From Archaeoglobus fulgidus DSM 4304 (GTDB taxonomy: Archaea; Halobacteriota; Archaeoglobi; Archaeoglobales; Archaeoglobaceae), in assembly GCF_000008665.1 (NCBI RefSeq), contig NC_000917.1:1020001-1052000 (forward strand): a stretch of 32,000 nucleotides of DNA, in the 5' to 3' direction. Below the pieces are notes generated by a model. That model worked only from the letters and a program-made list of their open reading frames with translations. It searched no databases and was not told where the DNA came from. This document shows positions 9,489-17,685 of this stretch, in pieces. The position numbers and the translations under genes are program-made. How positions within the stretch are numbered: position 1 is the first letter of the stretch; every line of letters begins with the position of its first letter.

Positions 9489-10572
9489 TTTCAATCAGCC
9501 TGTAGTTTTGCGTTCCCAGTTCAAGCTTTTCGGCATAGTTAAGCATCCCCTCAACGTCCGTCCAGTCCCAGAACTTCTTGTCTTTCAGCAATGCTCCGCT
9601 TAGATTCTCAGCCTGCCTGTACAAGTCCACGCTTGCCCTGTCTATTGCGAGAATATCCTTTGAGGCCATTATGCCCAGGTCAGGCACAACTGGCAGGTCG
9701 CTGTAGGGGTGGCAGTCGCAGTGGGGGGTGATGTCCATCAGGAAGTTCAGGTAGGCGAAGTTCTTCTGCACCTTAAAAACACCCTTCGTGCACTCCACTA
9801 TTCTCTCCGACACATCTCTGCCAAAAACCCAGAAGGTTTTAACAGCCCCATAATCACAGGCCTCCGAGCAGCCGAGGCACTTGACGCACTTCTCCCTGTT
9901 AATCTGGTAGTCCTCTATCGCATTGCTTGGACAGATTTTCACGCACTCATCGCACTTCGTGCACTTCTCTTCATCAATCTGCGGGTAGTCGGACATGTGG
10001 ATGTCGAATTTGGAGGGCTTTGCAACGCAGCCAACCCCCACGTTCTTTATGCTCCCCCCAACCCCAGCCTGCATGTGCAGCTTGAAGTGGGTGCAGCAGA
10101 TGACCGCATCGCATTCAGCAATGGCCTTAGCCACCTTCACCGAGTTAAGGTGTTTCCCCTCTACCGGCACCTCAACGTAGTCGAAGCCCAGCAATCCGTC
10201 GGCGATGATTATCGGGGCCTTCAGGGTTTGGTGGGTGTATCCGTTTTCTTCAGCAATGTTTATTCTCCCCACCGCAGTGCATCTTGGCCTCAGCATCCCC
10301 AGACCGGTAGTTTCCGTCACAAAAGGCCTTCCACCAGCCTCGATAACCTTCTCAACAACTGTCCTTATGAAGACGCTCCTCAGAGTTCTTGTTGTGCCCC
10401 TATCGCCAAAATGCGTTTTTACCGCTACAACATCCCCCTTTGAAACCACATCAAGAACACCGCTCTCATCTATCAGCTTTTCCAGCTTTCTAACAGCACT
10501 CAAATCGGGCTGATACCATTTAGCTGGATCTGTAACCTCCGCCCTTGTGCTTGTGTAAAAAACATCCTTCAT
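9481..10572 (-). CDS. DUF362-domain protein with a 2x[4Fe-4S] ferredoxin insert
   Basis: 363 aa with VAVKTHFGDRGTTRTL, CTHFKLHMQAGVGGSIKNVGVGC, and CTKCDECVKICPSNAI / CVKCLGCSEACDYGAV clusters. Confidence 0.9.
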   Translation of the reverse strand: MKDVFYTSTRAEVTDPAKWYQPDLSAVRKLEKLIDESGVLDVVSKGDVVAVKTHFGDRGTTRTLRSVFIRTVVEKVIEAGGRPFVTETTGLGMLRPRCTAVGRINIAEENGYTHQTLKAPIIIADGLLGFDYVEVPVEGKHLNSVKVAKAIAECDAVICCTHFKLHMQAGVGGSIKNVGVGCVAKPSKFDIHMSDYPQIDEEKCTKCDECVKICPSNAIEDYQINREKCVKCLGCSEACDYGAVKTFWVFGRDVSERIVECTKGVFKVQKNFAYLNFLMDITPHCDCHPYSDLPVVPDLGIMASKDILAIDRASVDLYRQAENLSGALLKDKKFWDWTDVEGMLNYAEKLELGTQNYRLIEIS

Positions 10573-11156
10573 AAACTCTCTTTCAGCATCCTCTTAATTA
10601 TCTCTTTCGCCTCATTGGAATCAAAATCGCTTTTGTCAAGGGGGACCGAGGACTTTATAATTCTGACCTTTCCATCCTCTTTAGTTTCCACAATATTGGG
10701 AAAGAACATGGAAATTGAAACTTCCACACTCTTCTCGTGGGCATCCTTGACTAAGGTGAAAATGCTGTTTGATTTCTCCTTTTCAACTCTCACAAGTAAA
10801 GCCCTTAAGAAGTGGAGGATTCTCTGATATGTGTGGTAGATGAGCAACCCCGAGATTGAGTTCATTATCAGAAGGTAGCTGCCATCAAGACCGTCAAGCA
10901 CTTTGTTTATGGCCAGGCTCACCTCGTTGAGGTTCAGGGGGTTGGAAACGATTATGTCTCTGCTGTCTTCTGAGTTCTTCTTCCCCCACGTGTAGGTGTC
11001 GATAATCCACACATCTTCTCTTCCAATTCTTTTTCTGACAAAATATGCGCTGGAGAGAGTGGTAACCCAAACTACATTGTCGAATTCCTTCGAAACATCC
11101 TCGAGGATCTTGCACTTGCCCGTTCCAGGGGGGCCATTAATCAGTACGTGTGTCAT
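10569..11156 (-). CDS. Small KaiC/RAD55-like P-loop protein, 195 aa
   Basis: MTHVLINGPPGTGKCKILEDVSKEFDNVVWVTT: Walker A-like, but GKC instead of GK[ST]. Hydrophobic strand GSYLLIMNSISGLL sits at the Walker B position. Overlaps the DUF362 gene by 4 nt. Confidence 0.65.
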   Translation of the reverse strand: MTHVLINGPPGTGKCKILEDVSKEFDNVVWVTTLSSAYFVRKRIGREDVWIIDTYTWGKKNSEDSRDIIVSNPLNLNEVSLAINKVLDGLDGSYLLIMNSISGLLIYHTYQRILHFLRALLVRVEKEKSNSIFTLVKDAHEKSVEVSISMFFPNIVETKEDGKVRIIKSSVPLDKSDFDSNEAKEIIKRMLKESL

Positions 11157-11230
11157 CTAAATTCCTCTCTGCAAGGTGTTGGCTTAGGTGTTCAGATAGG
11201 TTTTAAACTTTTACGCTTTTATCGTTACCA

Positions 11231-11899
11231 ATGGAAGATGTTTTGCTTACGCCAGAGAGGGCGGCAATTGTGGGAAATACAGCTGTAATAGCCGACCTGC
11301 ATCTCGGATTTGAGAATGTGTTGCAGGAGAGAGGCTACGCTGTACCGAGAATGCAGGTGGAGGAAATAAAAGCTAGAGTTGCGAGCATTGTGGAGAAGTA
11401 CGGTATCGCCAAAATCGTGGTGGCGGGAGACTTAAAGCATGAGTTCAGCAAAAATTTACCGTACGAGTGGGAGGACGTCAGGGAGTTTATAGAATCCGTT
11501 AATGTGGAGCTTGAGGTTGTGAGAGGAAACCATGACAACTACCTCGCAGCAATTCTGGCTGAGTACGGAATAGAGCTTAAGGAGAGCGTAAGGGTTGGAG
11601 ATTATCTGGTCGTTCATGGCCATAAGGATTGCGAGGAGGAGAAGGTGATAATGGGGCATGAGCATCCGGCCGTGAAGGTGAGAGTGAGGGGAGCTTTGTA
11701 CACTTTCCCATGCTACCTCGTTGCGGATGGAGCAAAAATCGTCCTGCCCGCCTTCTCCCCCCTGATGAGCGGTAGCGATGTTCTGCAGGGAAACTTTCTG
11801 TCACCCATCCTTCAGAAGGCGAGGAAAATTGAGGTTTATGCGATTGAGGAGGAAGTTGTGTATCTAGGAAGTATCGAGGATTTACGAAAAATTATTTAG
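11231..11899 (+). CDS. Calcineurin-like metallophosphoesterase (ICC-like DNA/RNA phosphoesterase type)
   Basis: 222 aa with VIADLHLGFE, VVAGDLKHEF, VRGNHDNYL, VVHGHKDC and VIMGHEHPAVKV. Confidence 0.93.
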   Translation: MEDVLLTPERAAIVGNTAVIADLHLGFENVLQERGYAVPRMQVEEIKARVASIVEKYGIAKIVVAGDLKHEFSKNLPYEWEDVREFIESVNVELEVVRGNHDNYLAAILAEYGIELKESVRVGDYLVVHGHKDCEEEKVIMGHEHPAVKVRVRGALYTFPCYLVADGAKIVLPAFSPLMSGSDVLQGNFLSPILQKARKIEVYAIEEEVVYLGSIEDLRKII

Positions 11900-11960
11900 A
11901 TTTTTAATTTTAAGTAGTTATTACGAAAAAGTATTAAGTAACTTTGTAAACACCCCTCTT

Positions 11961-12470
11961 ATGGAATCAAGATTGCGAAGCTTGGCAGGATTTGTAGAAG
12001 CCCTCAAGGAAGCTTTGAGTTTCAAATTTAATGTTAACAGATTTGACCATAGATTGAAACTACAAAAACTAGTTTACATTTATAAGGCATTGGGCGGAAA
12101 TCTGCTAGATTATGAGTTTAATCTATACCTGAGAGGTCCATATTCTCCAGAGCTAGCGGATGATTACTACCACCTATCTAATTCTGGAATGATTGGTGAG
12201 GTAGGGGGTCAACAGAAAGAGATTTTTCTCCAAGATAAAATTTTTAGAGCATTAGTGAATATAGCAAGAGATAAAGACGGAACTTGGCTCGAAATTGCTG
12301 CGACATTATTAGAACTGAAGAAGGTTGCTGAGAGCCTAGCTAAGCTGGGAATAACGAAAGAAGACTTCGAAATGGAACTTGTGAATTTAACATATAAAAG
12401 AAAGCCCTTTGCATCTAAAAACTATATCAAAACGGTATTAGAGGAACTTAAAAAATACGGTGCTATTTAA
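11961..12470 (+). CDS. YwgA / SocA (Panacea, DUF4065)-like protein
   Basis: 169 aa. The segment RLKLQKLVYIYKALGGNLLDYEFNLYLRGPYSPELADDYYHLSNSG matches the LQKLxYL...F....xGPYxxEL pattern of these families. Assignment is by motif memory only. Confidence 0.6.
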   Translation: MESRLRSLAGFVEALKEALSFKFNVNRFDHRLKLQKLVYIYKALGGNLLDYEFNLYLRGPYSPELADDYYHLSNSGMIGEVGGQQKEIFLQDKIFRALVNIARDKDGTWLEIAATLLELKKVAESLAKLGITKEDFEMELVNLTYKRKPFASKNYIKTVLEELKKYGAI

Positions 12471-12970
12471 TTCCACGCAATGTGTCAACTACGCTAACAT
12501 CTCGACCAGAAATGAAATTTATATATGCGTTTCCGTAATCTAACATCCTTCTATCATTTGCCCATATATATTTTGCATTAGGGTCCACTGACACCTGGGA
12601 GAGAAACCATATATCGTAAATGTCAAGCCCCCACTGATTTTCGTCACTCCACTCCTGATTCAGGATTTTGTCACCTCTGCCGAATATCCTCTTAAGTTCT
12701 TTTTTATCAACATCATTAATTGAATCGGCTCTTATAATTCTGGACTGAGTTTCTCTTAGAAAATCAAGCAATTTTTCGATTATTTTATCTTCTCTCCACT
12801 CTTTAACTAAACACTGCCCGAAAGTTTCGCCAATTGACGACTCTAGTAGATAGACTTCGAACTCTCGGCAATTCCCTTCTAAAATAGCTTTTTAAATCAG
12901 TGTTGTTCTCTATTTGCCCTTCAATGTAGTCTAATGCTATGGAAGTCTCTATGTAAATCCTTTTACTCAT
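12463..12970 (-). pseudogene. PIN-like toxin/nuclease gene split by a frameshift
   Basis: N-terminal part, not in the track: ATG at 12970 gives MSKRIYIETSIALDYIEGQIENNTDLK..., stop at 12803. C-terminal part (track 12463..12771) extends upstream in the same frame as KAILEGNCREFEVYLLESSIGETFGQCLVKEWREDKIIEKLLDFLRETQ...LDIYDIWFLSQVSVDPNAKYIWANDRRML. The frames join by skipping one base in an A5 run (12889-12893). Confidence 0.65.
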
Positions 12971-13071
12971 CGGAATTATACTTCATGCGAGTGGTTTAAT
13001 TGTTTTCCGTGTTAGCTTGGAGTTAGGCCGTTATTATTTCGGATAAGTATAAAATAACAATTCCTCATTAA

Positions 13072-14484
13072 TTACTCGGGAACATCAAGCCCTATGGTCC
13101 TTCTGTATCGCATTCCGGGAAAGCTAATTTTTTCAAGTGCTGAATACGCTTTGCTCCTTGCCTCCTCAATGCTTTGTCCCATTCCAACGACCGTCAGAAC
13201 TCTTCCGCCGGTTGTGACGTATCCATTCGTTTTAGCGATGCCGTTGGCGTAGATTATCGCCTCCTTCATCGCCTCCTCGATTCCTGTTATAGGCTGGCTG
13301 GTGTAGTGGTCTGCAGGATAGCCGGGCTTCAGCCCTTCTCTGCCCTTCAGAGCTCCGCTGACCGCGCAAACAGCAACGCAGTAATCGCTGCTGAACCTCA
13401 TCTCCACCTCATCCAGCCTACCCTCCACCACAGCCATCGATATCTCAGCCATATCGCTCTTAAGCCTCGGTAGCTTTGCCTCCGCTCCGGGGTCGCAGTC
13501 CCTGACGTTTATCTCAAGAACCTTAGGGATTAGTTCTCCGTTTTCCTCAACAAGCATTATGACAGGATAAAGAACGCCTTTGAACTCCTTGTCAAAGTTC
13601 TCTATTATCGGCTCCACAACCATCTCCATGATTCTCTGCTCTACCTCCTCCGTTACCGCTGGATGTGGGCTCACCGCACCCATACCTCCTGTGTTGGGGT
13701 TGATGAGCTTTCCCTCCCTGTAGAGTTGCTCTATTTGGGCTTTGGTGTAGAATTTTTTTGTGAGGCCGATGTAGAAGTCCCTCAAGCCCTCAATGTCATC
13801 GCTGTCGAAAGCCCTCTTGTAGTCCCTTGCATGGCCGAACGGCTTGACGGTTTTGCCGTCCGTCATGGCGGTGAAGGCAACCTCAATTCCCCTCAGCCTC
13901 TCCTCAACCACAATCCTGTTTCCAGCCTCTCCGAACTTCTTCTGAACCATTATCTCGTCCACCGCCCTTAATGCCTCCTCTACGGAGTCGCAGACGTAAA
14001 CACCCTTCCCCGCAGCAAGGCCATCTGCCTTCACCACTATCCCGTTGTTGAACTTCTCCCTTATGTACTCCTTCGCCTCTTCTGGATTGTCGAAGTTCGC
14101 GTACTCAGGAATGGGAACTCCAATTCTCTTTAAGAAATCCTTCGCCCAGCACTTGCTTGCTTCAAGAATCGTGGCCTCCTTTTTCGGCCCTACGGCAGGT
14201 ATTCCCTCCTCCTCAAGTCTGTCAACCAATCCGAGGCTCAGCGGCTCTTCCGGTCCGATGTAAGCGAGGTCAACCTCGCATTTCTTTGCGAACCGCACTA
14301 TCTCGTCTATTGCCCTTATAGATGGAATTTTCTTTCCATCAAGCTCGGCAATCTTACACTTTTCGAAAAATTCGCTACCCCCGTTTCCGGGAGCTATATA
14401 AATTTCTTTAACCTGCTCACTCCTTGAGAAAGCGTGAGCAATTGCGTTACCCCTCCCTCCTGCATCGACCACCAGAACCTTCAT
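13072..14484 (-). CDS. purD: Phosphoribosylamine-glycine ligase (GARS)
   Basis: 470 aa with MKVLVVDAGGRGNAIAHAF, IAPGNGG, GIVVKADGLAAGKGVYVC, PNTGGMGAVSPHP and LEINVRDCDPGAEAKLPRL. Confidence 0.96.
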   Translation of the reverse strand: MKVLVVDAGGRGNAIAHAFSRSEQVKEIYIAPGNGGSEFFEKCKIAELDGKKIPSIRAIDEIVRFAKKCEVDLAYIGPEEPLSLGLVDRLEEEGIPAVGPKKEATILEASKCWAKDFLKRIGVPIPEYANFDNPEEAKEYIREKFNNGIVVKADGLAAGKGVYVCDSVEEALRAVDEIMVQKKFGEAGNRIVVEERLRGIEVAFTAMTDGKTVKPFGHARDYKRAFDSDDIEGLRDFYIGLTKKFYTKAQIEQLYREGKLINPNTGGMGAVSPHPAVTEEVEQRIMEMVVEPIIENFDKEFKGVLYPVIMLVEENGELIPKVLEINVRDCDPGAEAKLPRLKSDMAEISMAVVEGRLDEVEMRFSSDYCVAVCAVSGALKGREGLKPGYPADHYTSQPITGIEEAMKEAIIYANGIAKTNGYVTTGGRVLTVVGMGQSIEEARSKAYSALEKISFPGMRYRRTIGLDVPE

Positions 14485-14590
14485 ACCGTTTTTTATCTCA
14501 TCGATTATTTTCCGTTTTCGGTCAGCAGGGGCGGATATATAATTAATCCTCGTTTTTAATTACAAATTCTACCTGTGTAAAAATAACAAA

Positions 14591-14600
14591 GCTTAAATAC
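14591..14600 (+). promoter_or_regulatory. Probable TATA box (gcttaaatac) of the A-ATPase operon
   Basis: AT-rich box about 57-66 nt upstream of the atpH ATG (14657), in the roughly 150-nt purD/atpH intergenic region. It matches the archaeal TTTAWATA-type element. Confidence 0.45.
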
Positions 14601-14656
14601 GATTTGTAAGGCTTTCGAATGTCTTTAAAGTTTAGAGTTTGATCAGGGTGGTTACC

Positions 14657-14986
14657 ATGGATAGGACAGAAATTCTTGAAAAAATTAAGCAGGCAGAGAT
14701 TAAGGTTGAAGAGGCTATCAGGGCTGCAGAGGAGGAACGAAAAAACAAAATTCTTGAGGCTAAGATGAAAGCGAGAGAAATTATTGAGAGTGCCGAAGCT
14801 GAGGCGGTTAAAGTTAAGGAAGACATTCTCAATTCTGCAAGGCAACAGATAGAAGCCGAGAAGGAGGAAATCAGAAAGAGGGAAACAAAGAACATCGAGG
14901 ATTACGCAAAGAAGGGCAAGGATAACATCATGAAGGCCGTGGAGATGCTGTATAATGAGTTCGTAGGGATGATGGAACATGCTTAA
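14657..14986 (+). CDS. atpH: A-type ATP synthase subunit H
   Basis: Track 14639..14986. MDRTEILEKIKQAEIKVEEAIRAAEEERKNKILEAKMKAREIIESAEAEA..., a coiled-coil stalk subunit directly upstream of atpI. Confidence 0.88.
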   Translation: MDRTEILEKIKQAEIKVEEAIRAAEEERKNKILEAKMKAREIIESAEAEAVKVKEDILNSARQQIEAEKEEIRKRETKNIEDYAKKGKDNIMKAVEMLYNEFVGMMEHA

Positions 14987-17009
14987 GCCGGAACGAATGG
15001 TTAGGGTTTCTGTAGTGGGTCCCAGGGAGAAACTGGGCGAAACTGCAGACCTTCTCCACAGACTCAACCTCGTCCACATAGAGGAGCCTGAAGAATCGGA
15101 ATACTTCAGAATCGGCGAGCCGCATCCGGATGCATCAGTTGTTTCAAGAGCCCTTGTCCAGATGAGGAGCTTCATCTCCCACCTGAAGCTCGATCCATCG
15201 AGGATAGTGCCCAGAAGAAAGTTCAGAGAGTCCGAGATTGAAGCCCAGCTTAAGGAGAAGCTCGACGAGTACCAGCAATTGATTGGAGAGCGAATTGAGT
15301 ATCTGAGAAGCGTTGATGAAAAGATTGCATCCTTGCAGGAGCAGCTCAACCAGATAGAGCCTCTCAAGAGGCTCGGAATACCCGCAAGACTGCTTAAGGG
15401 CTACAAGACGCTCAGAGTTTTCGTCGGGTTTGTAAAGGAGAACCCGACGGAGAAGTTTGCCCAGGTAACGAGCGATTTTGAAGTTTTCGCCACCGAATAC
15501 GAGAAAGAGCTCGTTGTAGCGGTTTTCGTTAAAGCCGAGTACGGGGACGAGTTCCTGAGAATCTTGCAGGAGTGCGGTTACAGGGAGATTCAGGTTCCCG
15601 ACGTTGAGGACTTTGAGGCAAAAATTTCGGAGATAGAGAAGGAAATCGAATCGCTGAAGTCAAGAAAGGAGCAGGTAGAGAAGGAAATAGAAGAGGTAAA
15701 GGTAAAGGAGGCCGAAACTCTGCTTGCAATTGAAGAATACCTCAGCTCGCAGATGGACAAGTACGAGCTGCCTTTGAGAACTTTGGTTTCGAAGTACTCA
15801 TTCGTCCTCGTGGGCTATCTGCCTGCAAAGGCTTTGAACGAGTTCAAGGCCAAGATGGATGCAAACGGCGTTGCGGTTGAGGTGCTTGATGAAGAGGGTG
15901 AACCTCCAACCAAGCTCAGCAACCCTGCTGGTGTGAGAAACTTTGAGCTCCTCACAACAACCTTCGGAATTCCGAAGTACAAGGAGATTGACCCAACTGT
16001 GTTCATAGCGATCTTCTTCCCGATCTTCTTCGGTATGATGCTGGGAGATATCGGTTACGGTTTGCTCGTCACGGTCATTTCCCTGTACCTCAAGAGGGTG
16101 TTTAAGACTGAGGGCTGGCAGAGGATGCTGAACATCGGTGTGTACGCTGGAGTGATGTCAATAATCTTCGGCTTCATCTACGGAGAGTGCTTCGGCCCCT
16201 TCATAGTGCCTGGAGAGTACGAGCCATACCAGATCCACTTCATTGGCTCGCAGCTTGAGCACCTCTACGAGTTCCACCACGGTCATCCGATTTTCGACAG
16301 GGTTGAGGAGATGGGTGTCAAGATTCTGCTGTTCGCAACGATTGTGATCGGTATCGCGAAGATTCTCTTTGGATTCGCTCTCGGTTTCTACAACGTCTAT
16401 GTCGAGCATGGCCTTAAGGATGCGATTCTCGAGAAGCTCTCGTGGATCATAGGTGTTCTTGGCCTTGCAATGATCATCTTCGGCTTCGCGTACAACGTGG
16501 GAGTGTTCTACCAGCTCGGAATGGGTCCGAATCCGGGCGATGTGCCTCCGCTTCCACTGCCTGGACTTATGGAAGGCTGGCAGGCAGGACTGAACGTTTA
16601 CTACTTGGCAGCACTTCCATTGCTCGTCGTCTGGTTCATACTGTTCGTCATGGGCGAAGTGCCGAAAATGGGTGCTATGGGAGTCATACTTGCAGTCGAG
16701 CTGCTAACGTGGTTCGGCCAGATCATGAGCTACGCGAGACTTCTAGCCATTGGACTGTCTTCAGTCTACATAGCCTTCGTCATCAACTTCATCGGAATGA
16801 AGCTCATTGATCCAGTGGGTATAAGTATACCGATAGTTGGCGCAATAGTCCTGCTAATCGGACACGTGGGCAACTTGATTCTCGGCATTCTCGATCCAGG
16901 TTTGCAGTCATTGCGTTTGCACTACGTAGAGTTCTTTACGAAGTTCTTTGAGGGTGGCGGAAGGCTCTACGAGCCTTTCGGCAGGATAAAGAGGTTTATT
17001 GAGGAGTGA
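14979..17009 (+). CDS. atpI: A-type ATP synthase subunit I (a subunit)
   Basis: 676 aa with IFFPIFFGMMLGDIGYGLL, FGFIYGECFGPF, LLAIGLSSVYIAFVINFIGMKL and LHYVEFFTKFFEGGGRLYEPF. Confidence 0.97.
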   Translation: MLKPERMVRVSVVGPREKLGETADLLHRLNLVHIEEPEESEYFRIGEPHPDASVVSRALVQMRSFISHLKLDPSRIVPRRKFRESEIEAQLKEKLDEYQQLIGERIEYLRSVDEKIASLQEQLNQIEPLKRLGIPARLLKGYKTLRVFVGFVKENPTEKFAQVTSDFEVFATEYEKELVVAVFVKAEYGDEFLRILQECGYREIQVPDVEDFEAKISEIEKEIESLKSRKEQVEKEIEEVKVKEAETLLAIEEYLSSQMDKYELPLRTLVSKYSFVLVGYLPAKALNEFKAKMDANGVAVEVLDEEGEPPTKLSNPAGVRNFELLTTTFGIPKYKEIDPTVFIAIFFPIFFGMMLGDIGYGLLVTVISLYLKRVFKTEGWQRMLNIGVYAGVMSIIFGFIYGECFGPFIVPGEYEPYQIHFIGSQLEHLYEFHHGHPIFDRVEEMGVKILLFATIVIGIAKILFGFALGFYNVYVEHGLKDAILEKLSWIIGVLGLAMIIFGFAYNVGVFYQLGMGPNPGDVPPLPLPGLMEGWQAGLNVYYLAALPLLVVWFILFVMGEVPKMGAMGVILAVELLTWFGQIMSYARLLAIGLSSVYIAFVINFIGMKLIDPVGISIPIVGAIVLLIGHVGNLILGILDPGLQSLRLHYVEFFTKFFEGGGRLYEPFGRIKRFIEE

Positions 17010-17020
17010 GGTGTGTTTGA

Positions 17021-17264
17021 GGAGGTGAGATGAATGGTGGAAGATGCATTGGCTAAGGGTTTGATTGCAGTTGGTGCTGGACTGGCAGTTGGACTGGCCG
17101 GTATTGGTGCAGGACTTGGTGAGAGCGGTATCGGTGCAGCTGCCGTAGGAGCTACAGCCGAGGACAGGGGCTTCTTCGGTCTCGGTATTCTGTTCACAGT
17201 TATACCGGAGACCATAGTCATCTTCGGACTGGTCATAGCGTTCATACTGATGTTCGCGTTCTAA
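17021..17264. repeat. 244-bp perfect direct repeat, copy 1 (RBS + complete atpK)
   Basis: By eye, 17021-17264 is identical to 17441-17684 (offset exactly 420 nt). It runs from ggaggtgagatgaATGGTGG to ...GTTCTAA. The bases just outside differ (a/t on the left, c/g on the right). Confidence 0.95.
17034..17264 (+). CDS. atpK: A-type ATP synthase subunit K (proteolipid c subunit), copy 1
   Basis: 76 aa: MVEDALAKGLIAVGAGLAVGLAGIGAGLGESGIGAAAVGATAEDRGFFGLGILFTVIPETIVIFGLVIAFILMFAF. Two-TM hairpin with a conserved Glu in TM2. Confidence 0.97.
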   Translation: MVEDALAKGLIAVGAGLAVGLAGIGAGLGESGIGAAAVGATAEDRGFFGLGILFTVIPETIVIFGLVIAFILMFAF

Positions 17265-17265
17265 C

Positions 17266-17448
17266 ATGCCGGGCGAGGAGCTGGTCAGGAGATTCCTGGA
17301 AAGGAGGGTGCTGACGGAAAAAAACATAGAGAGGTTCGTGAAGTATTACTGGTTGGTGTCGACCGCGAGGATGGTTCTCGGAGTAACCATCCTCATTTTA
17401 ATATTAATAGGCGGGCTTAAGTTTAGCCAGCTTATTCCCTGGAGGTGA
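17266..17448 (+). CDS. Small single-TM protein (60 aa) lodged between the two atpK copies
   Basis: MPGEELVRRFLERRVLTEKNIERFVKYYWLVSTARMVLGVTILILILIGGLKFSQLIPWR. The ATG immediately follows the atpK copy 1 stop, and the ORF ends inside the RBS of copy 2. Amphipathic/basic N-terminus plus one hydrophobic helix. Confidence 0.75.
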   Translation: MPGEELVRRFLERRVLTEKNIERFVKYYWLVSTARMVLGVTILILILIGGLKFSQLIPWR

Positions 17449-17684
17449 GATGAATGGTGGAAGATGCATTGGCTAAGGGTTTGATTGCAGTTGGTGCTGG
17501 ACTGGCAGTTGGACTGGCCGGTATTGGTGCAGGACTTGGTGAGAGCGGTATCGGTGCAGCTGCCGTAGGAGCTACAGCCGAGGACAGGGGCTTCTTCGGT
17601 CTCGGTATTCTGTTCACAGTTATACCGGAGACCATAGTCATCTTCGGACTGGTCATAGCGTTCATACTGATGTTCGCGTTCTAA
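17441..17684. repeat. 244-bp perfect direct repeat, copy 2
   Basis: See copy 1 at 17021-17264. Confidence 0.95.
17454..17684 (+). CDS. atpK: A-type ATP synthase subunit K (proteolipid c subunit), copy 2
   Basis: 76 aa, identical in protein and DNA to copy 1. Confidence 0.97.
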   Translation: MVEDALAKGLIAVGAGLAVGLAGIGAGLGESGIGAAAVGATAEDRGFFGLGILFTVIPETIVIFGLVIAFILMFAF

Positions 17685-17685
17685 G

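Noticed and set aside
9709-10443. + strand ORF of 244 aa opposite the DUF362/ferredoxin gene
   Set aside because: The opposite strand encodes clear [4Fe-4S] and DUF362 motifs. The + ORF is His/Leu/Ala-rich noise typical of antisense frames in this genome.
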